A program made the translations under genes and the position numbers. From a virus (taxonomy: Duplodnaviria; Caudoviricetes): 39,537 bases of DNA. This document shows positions 7,684-15,211 of this stretch, one piece after another; positions within the stretch are counted from its first letter, which is position 1, and every line of letters starts with the position of its first letter. The notes under the pieces were generated by a model. That model was given only the letters and a program-made list of their open reading frames with translations. It was not told the DNA's origin and ran no database searches. Location of the stretch: the IMG/VR virus record IMGVR_UViG_3300048575_000405, positions 1 to 39,537 of that record; one strand, 5' to 3'.

Positions 7684-7994
7684 CGAAGGCCGCTCACGCC
7701 GCGCTCGAATTCCCTGCGTCTGACTGCGATCAGGCGCAGGCCTTCGACGATCGCAACTTTCGCCATCTGCTCGGCGGTAAGTCCGAAATCTCCGGCTGTG
7801 CGATTGAGCATCCCAAGGGCGTCACTGTTGCGCGCGAATCCGATCTCGACTTTTACACTCTCGGCCGCCTGCGTTTTCGCATCCGCCGCGTTCGCGGTGC
7901 GGCTACAGGCTTCGTCCGCAACCGACACTTTCGCCTCTGCTCCATCCACCGTTTCGCGCACGATCTTCTTCACTTCTTCGATCAGACCCATCAC
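7680..7994 (-). CDS. Hypothetical protein (possible C-terminal ribbon-helix-helix)
   Basis: GGAG SD; VKVEIGF strand followed by two helices. Confidence 0.6.
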   Translation of the reverse strand: MMGLIEEVKKIVRETVDGAEAKVSVADEACSRTANAADAKTQAAESVKVEIGFARNSDALGMLNRTAGDFGLTAEQMAKVAIVEGLRLIAVRRREFERGVSGLR

Positions 7995-8046
7995 TCACTC
8001 CCGCGCCCGAGGCGCACAAATGCTTAAAAACAAATTAGATTTACAA

Positions 8047-8292
8047 TTACGCTCTCTTAAGCTTTGCAGCGGCCCGCGAGCGCACGTCTGCAAAATGGGC
8101 GCGCTCAAATCGGCTAACCGGCACCCCGGTCATCTTTGCAATTGGCTTGATGATCTTTGTGGGAACGGCCGCGATTTCGCGCTCGATGTTCGATATGAAC
8201 TGCGCCGACATGTATCCGAGCGCGCGCGAGATATCGAGCTGCGACAGGCCCGCCGAGAGCCGGGCTTTTTTGATGAGACGGTTGAGTTTCAT
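8047..8292 (-). CDS. Xre/Cro-C1 HTH regulator
   Basis: IKKARLSAGLSQLDISRALGYMSAQFISNIERE; GGAGG SD. Confidence 0.88.
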   Translation of the reverse strand: MKLNRLIKKARLSAGLSQLDISRALGYMSAQFISNIEREIAAVPTKIIKPIAKMTGVPVSRFERAHFADVRSRAAAKLKRA

Positions 8293-8402
8293 ATGTCCTC
8301 CAGCCCGTGGGCTGCGTTTATTTTGGGCAAACACGTACCCAATCGCCTGGACTTTTTCGCCAAGGCGTGTTAATGGCTTATTTACGGTATACTGTCTGGA
8401 GA

Positions 8403-8609
8403 TTAACCGGCTTCGGATAACCCGCTTCTTTTAAGACGATCTCGCAAGGCGACCATGCGACCATACAGCTCGACGCCAGGTTTCTGTTTCCCGGCGCAGA
8501 TATTCCAGAAGTACGGACCAGTGATGCCTAATCGCTTCGCGGCCGACGTTTTGGTCATTCCGCTTTTCTCGAGAAGCAACATGAGTTCCTTGAAGACTGA
8601 TTCATCCAT
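8403..8609 (-). CDS. Cro-like HTH repressor
   Basis: 68 aa, SGMTKTSAAKRLGITGPYFWNICAGKQKP; divergent from the cI-like gene. Confidence 0.82.
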   Translation of the reverse strand: MDESVFKELMLLLEKSGMTKTSAAKRLGITGPYFWNICAGKQKPGVELYGRMVALRDRLKRSGLSEAG

Positions 8610-8630
8610 GACGATATTGATGCCATGGTT

Positions 8631-8669
8631 TTCTAAATTTAGATACTCATTATTTTCTATTTTTAGAAT
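8631..8669. promoter_or_regulatory. Immunity switch: two palindromic operators overlapping a rightward promoter
   Basis: TTCTA-AATT-TAGAT (8631-8644) and TTCTA-TTTT-TAGAA (8655-8668), 24 bp apart; TAGATA-N18-TAGAAT resembles lambda PRM. Confidence 0.7.
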
Positions 8670-8681
8670 ATCGGCGGTTTT

Positions 8682-9509
8682 GTGATGACCACAACCGCCA
8701 TGGCGGCAAAGAGAATTGCTGATAAACTATTGGAATTAGGCAAGAAACAAAATTGGCTTGCCGTCGAGGCTGGCGTCGCCCCGTCGGTCTTGAAAAGATT
8801 TCTCGAGGGTGGCGGATGCACCATTGAGACGCTTGCGGCGCTGGCTAAGCCCCTCGGGATTGAAACCTGGGAGCTACTTAAGCCGATTAATGAGCGGGAT
8901 GAGTCGATAGCTGGCGACGACTCCGAGAGCGATAAAAGCTGGAGCGGCATCCCGGTCAAAGGCGTCGCGGCCGATGATGACGGATGCAGCAAGGCAGCCG
9001 AACAGGATAGCGATGGCGGCCCCGGACAACCACCACAGTACGTGTTGGCCACCCACAATGGCCCTTCGGAAATCAAAGAAACCCGAGGCGGGATCACTTC
9101 CAAGAAAGCGAACGAAGAGATAGGCAGTGGCCCCAGCGGCAGCAAACAAAACGGCAGGCCCGCCGCTATCTTGTCTGATCGCAAATCCAGCACCAAAGCC
9201 AGTCAGAATGTAAAGCAAGATGACAACCCAGCGGCGATGATCCATACCCTCCCATCGGACATCGCCGAACAGATCCTTAGCGAATTAAAGTCAAAAAGCT
9301 TACAGACCATCGCCGAGCAAGAGAAAGAAATCGAGGCGTTCAAGGCAAAGATCACTCGCCTTGATCGGATCTCGGCGGCTTACGAAAATGCAACAGACGA
9401 AATTCGCGCGGCCGTCGATCAGGCGCTTTCCTTTTCTCAGGACGATCTTGACCGCGCCGAAGCTCGAGCGCGTCAATCTCCGCAAGAGCCATCTTTAAAA
9501 AAGTCTTGA
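8682..9509 (+). CDS. cI-like repressor: N-terminal Xre HTH, long disordered linker, helical C-terminus, no S24 peptidase
   Basis: LGKKQNWLAVEAGVAPSVLKRFLEG...TIETLAALAKPLGIETWELL; divergent from cro. Confidence 0.75.
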   Translation: MMTTTAMAAKRIADKLLELGKKQNWLAVEAGVAPSVLKRFLEGGGCTIETLAALAKPLGIETWELLKPINERDESIAGDDSESDKSWSGIPVKGVAADDDGCSKAAEQDSDGGPGQPPQYVLATHNGPSEIKETRGGITSKKANEEIGSGPSGSKQNGRPAAILSDRKSSTKASQNVKQDDNPAAMIHTLPSDIAEQILSELKSKSLQTIAEQEKEIEAFKAKITRLDRISAAYENATDEIRAAVDQALSFSQDDLDRAEARARQSPQEPSLKKS

Positions 9510-9708
9510 GCACTTTAAATTCGGCCACCAGTACCTCGCATCACTGCGATACGTGTCGGCGCGCCCCAACCAAACTAAAGTCAGCGAATTGCAAAAACCC
9601 ACTGGCAACATAAACTTAGTCGATACGTGTTTTAAAATGAGACCTCGACGCCACGGCAGCTTAGGTGCGGTCTTAAGCAAGGCGACTATCATTTCGAGAA
9701 TCGACAAA

Positions 9709-9951
9709 TTATTTTTTGAAGTCGAGTAGCTTACTCAGTGGAACGCCGATGATCTCGGCAATGCGGGCAAGTGTGGTAATTTGCGTGTCTGACGTCCCGG
9801 CCTCAAGCTTACTCACGGTGCCAGTCGACATCCCCGACTCAAGCGACAGCCGGTCAATGCTATAGCCCTTCGATTTACGAACGCGCGCCACGTGCTTCCC
9901 AAGAGCTTTCAAGAATGCTGGCTTATCGAAGTCGAGTTCATCGTGTGTCAT
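9709..9951 (-). CDS. Xre HTH regulator (controller-protein-like)
   Basis: LGKHVARVRKSKGYSIDRLSLESGMSTGTVSKLEAG..TLARIAEIIGVPLSKLL. Confidence 0.88.
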   Translation of the reverse strand: MTHDELDFDKPAFLKALGKHVARVRKSKGYSIDRLSLESGMSTGTVSKLEAGTSDTQITTLARIAEIIGVPLSKLLDFKK

Positions 9952-9983
9952 CTGCGGCCATTATCGCCAGATGCCGACGGGAC

Positions 9984-10003
9984 TCCTTTCGTATAAGAAA
10001 GGA
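9984..10003. promoter_or_regulatory. Palindromic operator between the HTH and lipoprotein genes
   Basis: TCCTTTC-N6-GAAAGGA plus an extra GAAAGG half-site just downstream. Confidence 0.55.
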
Positions 10004-10064
10004 TTAAAAGAAAGGTGAGTGCGCTTCATCTTGAGACGACGTGCTTAAGTTCTCTTAACCGCTC

Positions 10065-10091
10065 TCAGGTGCGGTTGTGAGATGCCGATAG
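10065..10091 (+). promoter_or_regulatory. Sigma28 (FliA)-like promoter
   Basis: TCAG-N15-GCCGATAG versus consensus TAAA-N15-GCCGATAA, 17 nt before the lipoprotein ATG. Confidence 0.55.
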
Positions 10092-10108
10092 AATTCGCGG
10101 AGGTTCTC

Positions 10109-10753
10109 ATGTATTTGACCCGCGCACTACTGATTGCACTCTCCTTAATCGTTACTGGCTGCATGGCATTCCCAAAGTACCCAACTGAGCGGATTGCGAC
10201 CTACTCTTATGGGGGCAAAGCGCCATCTGCCAAAACGGTGAAAATCTCGAATGTTGAGTTGAGCGAAACACAGCTCGCATTCTCGGTTAGGAACGATGGC
10301 AAATCGACACTAAAGATTCTCTGGGATGAGACCGTGCTTGTGATGCCAGACGGCGCGGCTAAGAAGGTCCTTCCGGTTGGAACGAAGTACGCCGATGCAA
10401 CTCGCTCAATCCCGCCAGCGGTTATTCCCGCCGGAACATCGCTCGAAACTGCAGTATCTCGAGTTGACGGCATCAGCTTCGAGCATGGCTACTGGCAGAA
10501 TGAGAGTCTTATTCCGTGCGGATCGAACATGGATCATGCTTTGAACCCATGCGATCCAAAACAGTATGATGGAAAGCAGCTGTCCCTGCTTCTCACGATT
10601 GAGCAAGGCGATAAAAAGTCAGAGCTTCGAATCGATGGCGCACTTGGTATTAAGCCAGAATATGCGACATGGAGAGAGAAGTGGGAGGCCGAGAAGAAAC
10701 CAAAATCTCAGACCCCCGCATCATCTAACACTCCAGCGCCGAGCGGAGCCTAA
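10109..10753 (+). CDS. Lipoprotein moron
   Basis: GGAGG SD; MYLTRALLIALSLIVTG-C lipobox; beta-rich mature domain. Confidence 0.82.
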   Translation: MYLTRALLIALSLIVTGCMAFPKYPTERIATYSYGGKAPSAKTVKISNVELSETQLAFSVRNDGKSTLKILWDETVLVMPDGAAKKVLPVGTKYADATRSIPPAVIPAGTSLETAVSRVDGISFEHGYWQNESLIPCGSNMDHALNPCDPKQYDGKQLSLLLTIEQGDKKSELRIDGALGIKPEYATWREKWEAEKKPKSQTPASSNTPAPSGA

Positions 10754-10815
10754 GTCGTCATACCGCCCCACAACCACCCGCAATCACTACCAAACATGGC
10801 GTGAATTCTTTTGCC

Positions 10816-10853
10816 TTGCGTTATGCACCTGATATATGTATAATAGGTGCATA
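10816..10853 (+). promoter_or_regulatory. Sigma70 promoter with flanking operator palindrome (TA autoregulation)
   Basis: TTGCGT-N17-TATAAT; TATGCACCT/AGGTGCATA inverted repeat; ATG 8 nt after the -10 (probably leaderless). Confidence 0.8.
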
Positions 10854-11107
10854 TGCCGACGATCTTCTTGCTGCTCGGAAATATAAGCGTGACGATCAAC
10901 CCGAAAGACAGGCACCGCTTTCCGCACGTCCACATCTACAAAGGACATCCGAAACGGCCTGACGCCTCGGCCCTGATCGCGATCGGCTCTTGGGAGATCT
11001 TGGAGGCAAGCGGATTCAGCGAGGCCGCCCTGAACGGAATCATTGAGGGACTGAAGGCTCGCCACGAAAAACTCATGCTCAAATGGAGGGAGCTAAACGA
11101 TGACTAA
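10853..11107 (+). CDS. DUF4160-like putative toxin
   Basis: MPTI...I.INPKDRHRFPHVHI...A.I.I...EIL...GFS...W..L pattern. Confidence 0.75.
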   Translation: MPTIFLLLGNISVTINPKDRHRFPHVHIYKGHPKRPDASALIAIGSWEILEASGFSEAALNGIIEGLKARHEKLMLKWRELNDD

Positions 11108-11354
11108 GAAGAAGGCGAAAATCAAATATGGTAACGTTGAGCTTGAGTCGGGCACATTTGAGCCCCGCAACGTGAAGGAGCGGGTCAACACATTTATCGA
11201 CGAAGACGTTGTGGATTGGCTTCGCAATGAAGCCGCAAAGATCGGCGTCGGATATCAAACGCTTCTCAATATTAAGCTGCGCGAAGCGATGCAAAAGCCA
11301 TCGCTTGAAAAACGCATTGAGGCGCTCGAGCGGAAGTTCGATAAGCACGGGTGA
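11100..11354 (+). CDS. BrnA/CopG-like ribbon-helix-helix antitoxin
   Basis: KERVNTFIDEDVVDWLR.EA...GVGYQTLLN..LREAM; overlaps the toxin stop. Confidence 0.8.
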   Translation: MTKKKAKIKYGNVELESGTFEPRNVKERVNTFIDEDVVDWLRNEAAKIGVGYQTLLNIKLREAMQKPSLEKRIEALERKFDKHG

Positions 11355-12872
11355 TCAGCCGGCCTTCTCGACGTCTCGCTTGGTCTTGCGCTTTGCCCTG
11401 ATGCCTTTCATGAGCTTCTTGCGATCGGCCTCGACCGAGTGTTCATCAAGCCACGCGTCAGGGAAGCGCTCTTCAAACAGCACCTGTACTTCGTGTGATT
11501 TCTTTTGATCGAGCAACAGGCTACCGAAAACTTCAGTCGCCCGCATCGGAACGATCTCGACTTTATGTTCGCGCTTCATGTCGGCAATGAAATCCATCGC
11601 GTCTTTTGAGAACTCCCAGGCGACAAAGATGCCCTGCTTCTTTTTCTCGCGCGCGAGGGCACCAAAGAACTTCTGCATGTCGGGGCGGCCTGAAGCCGTC
11701 TTCTGGTTTTTTACTTGGATCGGATGTCCAGCGGCGCTCCATCCATCAATGCCGCCGTCGCCAGACCGGCGCTCATTAACGTCCCAGCCCATCATCTCGC
11801 AAACCGTCTCTGCAAACACATGACCGTTCATTGCGCGCAGCTCGGTGGCGGATTGCGGGAGGTTCTTAAGCTCAAACTTTTCCTTGGGGCATTCGCGATT
11901 GATTCGCTCCGCCATGATCTTGCAGGCCACGGGTGAGACGTCGCCAACGACGAAGCGGCGCCCGGTGGCTGAAGCGACTTTAGCGGTGGTGCCTCCGCCA
12001 GCAAAGCAGTCGAGTACGATGTCGCCGGGACCCGAGGCGCAGTCGAGAATGCGCTTGATGAGAGCCTCGGGCTTTTGCGTGGGGTAGCCCAAATTTTCAT
12101 GGCTTACGAACTGAACATCAGTCCAAAGTGATTGAATGGGCACGCCCTTGCCTTCATCCAAATACTGCTTTCTTTGCGGAGTGGAACCTGGTTTTGACTG
12201 AACAACGATTCCAGCCTCGATCAATTTCTGCATTTTCTCCTTAGAGTAGCGCCAGTGCTTCTTCACCCCCATTACTTCGTAATACGGATTGCCCTTCGCC
12301 GCTCCCCCTGGGCCGAGAAGTGTATTTAACCTATATCTTCGGCCCGTCTCAGGCTCCACATAGCGAAACATTTTATCGATGTACCCGTCGGTGTATGCCG
12401 ACATCACTGGATAGAATTTGGACTCCTGGGACTTAACATAGAAAAAGATCGTATCCGTGTTTGGATCAAATCCTAAGCGTCCTTGATGAACATTGTTTTT
12501 TACCGTCTTTACCCTCTGCCAGATAATCTCGTTTACGAAATTCTTTTCCCCAAAAACATCATCCAGCATACACCGCAACCGATGCGACGCATGCCAATCA
12601 CAATGCAAGAAAATGCTCCCCGACTTCTTGAGCTTCCGATGAATCAGCTCGATTCGCGGTCTCATCCACTCAATATAATGTGAAACTCCGCCAGCGAATC
12701 GATCGCCAAACGAACGAAGCTCATACCCATTGCCCCAAATGACCTCATAGTTACGATTCGAAAAAAACGGCGGATCGATGTAGCAAAGCCCCACGCTTTC
12801 GTCGGGTACGTCTTTGAGCCAGTCGAGATTATCGCCACAGATAATGTGATTTTTGTTTACATCAATTTTCAT
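11355..12872 (-). CDS. Beta-class N6/N4 DNA methyltransferase fused to C-terminal Mrr-like endonuclease domain
   Basis: CGDNL, YIDPPF, YPTQKPEALIKRI, VLDCFAGGGTT; C-terminal SGDGGIDG...IQVK. Confidence 0.9.
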   Translation of the reverse strand: MKIDVNKNHIICGDNLDWLKDVPDESVGLCYIDPPFFSNRNYEVIWGNGYELRSFGDRFAGGVSHYIEWMRPRIELIHRKLKKSGSIFLHCDWHASHRLRCMLDDVFGEKNFVNEIIWQRVKTVKNNVHQGRLGFDPNTDTIFFYVKSQESKFYPVMSAYTDGYIDKMFRYVEPETGRRYRLNTLLGPGGAAKGNPYYEVMGVKKHWRYSKEKMQKLIEAGIVVQSKPGSTPQRKQYLDEGKGVPIQSLWTDVQFVSHENLGYPTQKPEALIKRILDCASGPGDIVLDCFAGGGTTAKVASATGRRFVVGDVSPVACKIMAERINRECPKEKFELKNLPQSATELRAMNGHVFAETVCEMMGWDVNERRSGDGGIDGWSAAGHPIQVKNQKTASGRPDMQKFFGALAREKKKQGIFVAWEFSKDAMDFIADMKREHKVEIVPMRATEVFGSLLLDQKKSHEVQVLFEERFPDAWLDEHSVEADRKKLMKGIRAKRKTKRDVEKAG

Positions 12873-12945
12873 GGCCGAGTTGTCGGCGCCTTCAATTCCA
12901 ACCATGACTTAAGATCTCTTTACCACACCTCTGGCGAGTCTTGAA

Positions 12946-13713
12946 TTACGCAACAACTGGCGCCGACGGTTGACTCTCGAGCTCTTTCAAATGCTCACGA
13001 AACTTCGGCATCGTCATCGAAAGCGACGCGCCAGGATCATCCTTGCGTGACGGCGCAACTTCGTCGTGCCCAAGCACAAAGTCGAAATCGAACACGTCGG
13101 GCTTATTGCTCTTGAGCCAGCGGAGGAGCGCGATCAGTGCCGTCTCTTGCTCCGGCGTGTACATCTCGTAATAGCCAGGCTTCACGTTGTCTTTGCCGGA
13201 TGAATATCGCACGCACGCTTCGTCGTACATGCGACCGAACCACGATTTGAATTTGCCGCCGCCGACTTTTTCAAGGCCGCCCGCGCAATCAATCTCAATG
13301 CCGACAAGCTCGTCACTCACTGAACCAGAGAGCCCAGGCCAAGAGCTTGATCCGGCGTGATAGCCCCATTTGTCGAGATCGAAATTCTGGTACACGGTGC
13401 CGTCTTTTGCGATCAAGAAAAAGCAGTAGCCGCTTTCGATACCCCAGCTCAACGAGCTCTCGGCCGATGAGCCAGAGGTGAAGTGGACGATCGCGCCTTG
13501 CGGGTACCCATTCGCATATCGCCCGATGGTCTTCATGAGACCGCCCACATTGTGAATTGCAGCCGGATAGCGAAGACGACCAAGACCTATCGCATCCGGA
13601 TTCGGACGCTCAGGAAGTTTGGTCGGTGGCGAAACGGGCTGTACCGGCTTCACTTCTGCAACTTTCGTCTCTTTATTTGCAAATCCGCGTTTGATCCAGT
13701 CAATGAGCCCCAT
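12946..13713 (-). CDS. Endolysin, N-acetylmuramoyl-L-alanine amidase (Amidase_2)
   Basis: AIVHFT, YHAG.S.W, VGIEI, LGHDEVAPSRKDDPG. Confidence 0.9.
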   Translation of the reverse strand: MGLIDWIKRGFANKETKVAEVKPVQPVSPPTKLPERPNPDAIGLGRLRYPAAIHNVGGLMKTIGRYANGYPQGAIVHFTSGSSAESSLSWGIESGYCFFLIAKDGTVYQNFDLDKWGYHAGSSSWPGLSGSVSDELVGIEIDCAGGLEKVGGGKFKSWFGRMYDEACVRYSSGKDNVKPGYYEMYTPEQETALIALLRWLKSNKPDVFDFDFVLGHDEVAPSRKDDPGASLSMTMPKFREHLKELESQPSAPVVA

Positions 13714-14143
13714 GGTCTTCCCCCAATTTTTTAGCCGCTGTTTCTCGATGTAAGCGCTTCAAGCGTGCGACGGCCGCGCTGAAGACCTTTTTCATTTCAT
13801 ACGTGCATGACTCACCGAGAAGTCGGCACGCCTGATCAAGTGACGTCTTAAGCGAATTCCAGTCTTCGGCTGACTGACAAATCGCTCCCCCACGCGCGGG
13901 TAGTGTTTTGCGCGGATCAACAGGGTCTGGTCGCTCCGGCTGCGGCTCGAGAAAATCAATGAATTCATCGAGCGTCATTTCTTCGGTGCGATCAGATAGA
14001 GTCCAAGCGCAATCAGCCCCCGCGCGCATGACGCCAGCGACGGCGCAAACGCGGGTATCGCGCACCTTCACTTGCTGACAGCTAGCGAGCAGCGTCGTGG
14101 CGCACAAAATCAGAAAGAGCTTTTTTGCCTTTTGCCCTAGCAT
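13700..14143 (-). CDS. Cys-rich lipoprotein, o-spanin-like
   Basis: KAKKLFLILCATTLLAS-C lipobox; overlaps the 3' end of the upstream membrane gene as in overlapped spanin pairs. Confidence 0.65.
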   Translation of the reverse strand: MLGQKAKKLFLILCATTLLASCQQVKVRDTRVCAVAGVMRAGADCAWTLSDRTEEMTLDEFIDFLEPQPERPDPVDPRKTLPARGGAICQSAEDWNSLKTSLDQACRLLGESCTYEMKKVFSAAVARLKRLHRETAAKKLGEDHGAH

Positions 14144-14435
14144 CTTTGAACTCCTGGGAGTCAATACCTGACGACTCCGCTATCGCCCGCACGCGCACGT
14201 ATTCAACCGTGTACGCGCGCTCAAGGGCTTTATTCTTAAACGCGATCAATTGAAGGTCGAACGACGTGTGCATGTACTCGTAAATCTTATCTGCGAAGCG
14301 CGCTGCGAAGAACGTGATGATGTAGCCGAACGGACCCCACGCGAGCAATGGGACGGCCGCGAGAAGGCTTGCTATTGCCTTCTCAACAAGGATGTCCCAC
14401 ACAAGCGATTTAAAAAGGTCGCTGGCGTCGATCAC
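14082..14435 (-). CDS. Membrane protein, i-spanin-like
   Basis: N-terminal hydrophobic segment then helical region; lysis cassette position. Confidence 0.5.
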   Translation of the reverse strand: MIDASDLFKSLVWDILVEKAIASLLAAVPLLAWGPFGYIITFFAARFADKIYEYMHTSFDLQLIAFKNKALERAYTVEYVRVRAIAESSGIDSQEFKDARAKGKKALSDFVRHDAAR

Positions 14436-14436
14436 G

Positions 14437-14919
14437 TTACGCCGTCTTCACAAAAAATTGTCGATAAATCTGGTTGAGCAAGACCATCACCGCCGAAAGC
14501 GTGCCAGCATTCACAAGAGCCGCAGCGAAAGGCATGCCGCCAGCCATGAGCCCGACGACACCACCCGCGACGGTAAGAACCAAGACAATTAGCAAGCGAT
14601 ATTTACCGGCGAATTCACCTAGCTTCGTTCTGACTAAAAGCATGAGGCCTTGCACGACAAGCGCGACGATGCCGAGCGTGCCCATTCCGGCCACACCTCC
14701 AAGCGCTTTCACGAATGCCGATAGCTCCGCGTCCGACGGTGCGGCAACAGCGTCAACCGCGGGCGGCACAACAACTTCCGGCGCTGGCGAAGCGGATGCC
14801 TCCGGCGCTGGCGTCGAGGCGACTTCTTGCGCGTGCGCAGGCATGGGCGTGAGCGCGATCGGTGCTGCGAGCGGCGTGAGCGCGATTGCAAGTGCGAATG
14901 CTGCGAAATACTTTTTCAT
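14437..14919 (-). CDS. Multi-TM membrane protein (holin-like) with N-terminal signal peptide
   Basis: MKKYFAAFALAIAL...AHA-QE, Pro/Ala linker, about 3 hydrophobic helices. Confidence 0.6.
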   Translation of the reverse strand: MKKYFAAFALAIALTPLAAPIALTPMPAHAQEVASTPAPEASASPAPEVVVPPAVDAVAAPSDAELSAFVKALGGVAGMGTLGIVALVVQGLMLLVRTKLGEFAGKYRLLIVLVLTVAGGVVGLMAGGMPFAAALVNAGTLSAVMVLLNQIYRQFFVKTA

Positions 14920-15129
14920 TTACTTACCTTTCGTTTCGAGCGCGTGAATTCGCGACTCGTGTTTATCCAAATCTCGTTCGTTCCTTGTCGTCTTCTCGAT
15001 GATCACGAGCAGCTTTGCGTTCAGCTCATCGAGCGATGTCCGCATCCCCGTTGCCGTTGAGACTCCAAATCCGATGCCGGCTGCAATCGCTGTTTTGAAT
15101 GCCCAGTCAACGAATTTTGAGAAGTCCAT
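14920..15129 (-). CDS. Small TM + coiled-coil protein of the lysis region
   Basis: N-terminal hydrophobic helix, C-terminal LDKHESRIHALE. Confidence 0.7.
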   Translation of the reverse strand: MDFSKFVDWAFKTAIAAGIGFGVSTATGMRTSLDELNAKLLVIIEKTTRNERDLDKHESRIHALETKGK

Positions 15130-15132
15130 CTC

Positions 15133-15201
15133 TCACCCCACTCCAAACGCACACGCCGCCAAAATCACTACAAGAATCAAGATCCACATTTGTTGAATCA
15201 T
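15133..15201 (-). CDS. 22-aa hydrophobic microprotein
   Basis: AAGGAG SD; MIQQMWILILVVILAACAFGVG; fills the gap before the lysis genes. Confidence 0.55.
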   Translation of the reverse strand: MIQQMWILILVVILAACAFGVG

Positions 15202-15211
15202 GTGTTGCTCC

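Noticed and set aside
8668-8694. Leftward sigma28 promoter for cro (GCCGATAT)
   Set aside because: Good -10 but no TAAA-like -35 at 15-bp spacing.
8663-9245. Minus-strand ORFs (177 aa, 123 aa) inside the repressor gene
   Set aside because: Antisense to a clear HTH gene; no SD or recognisable motif.
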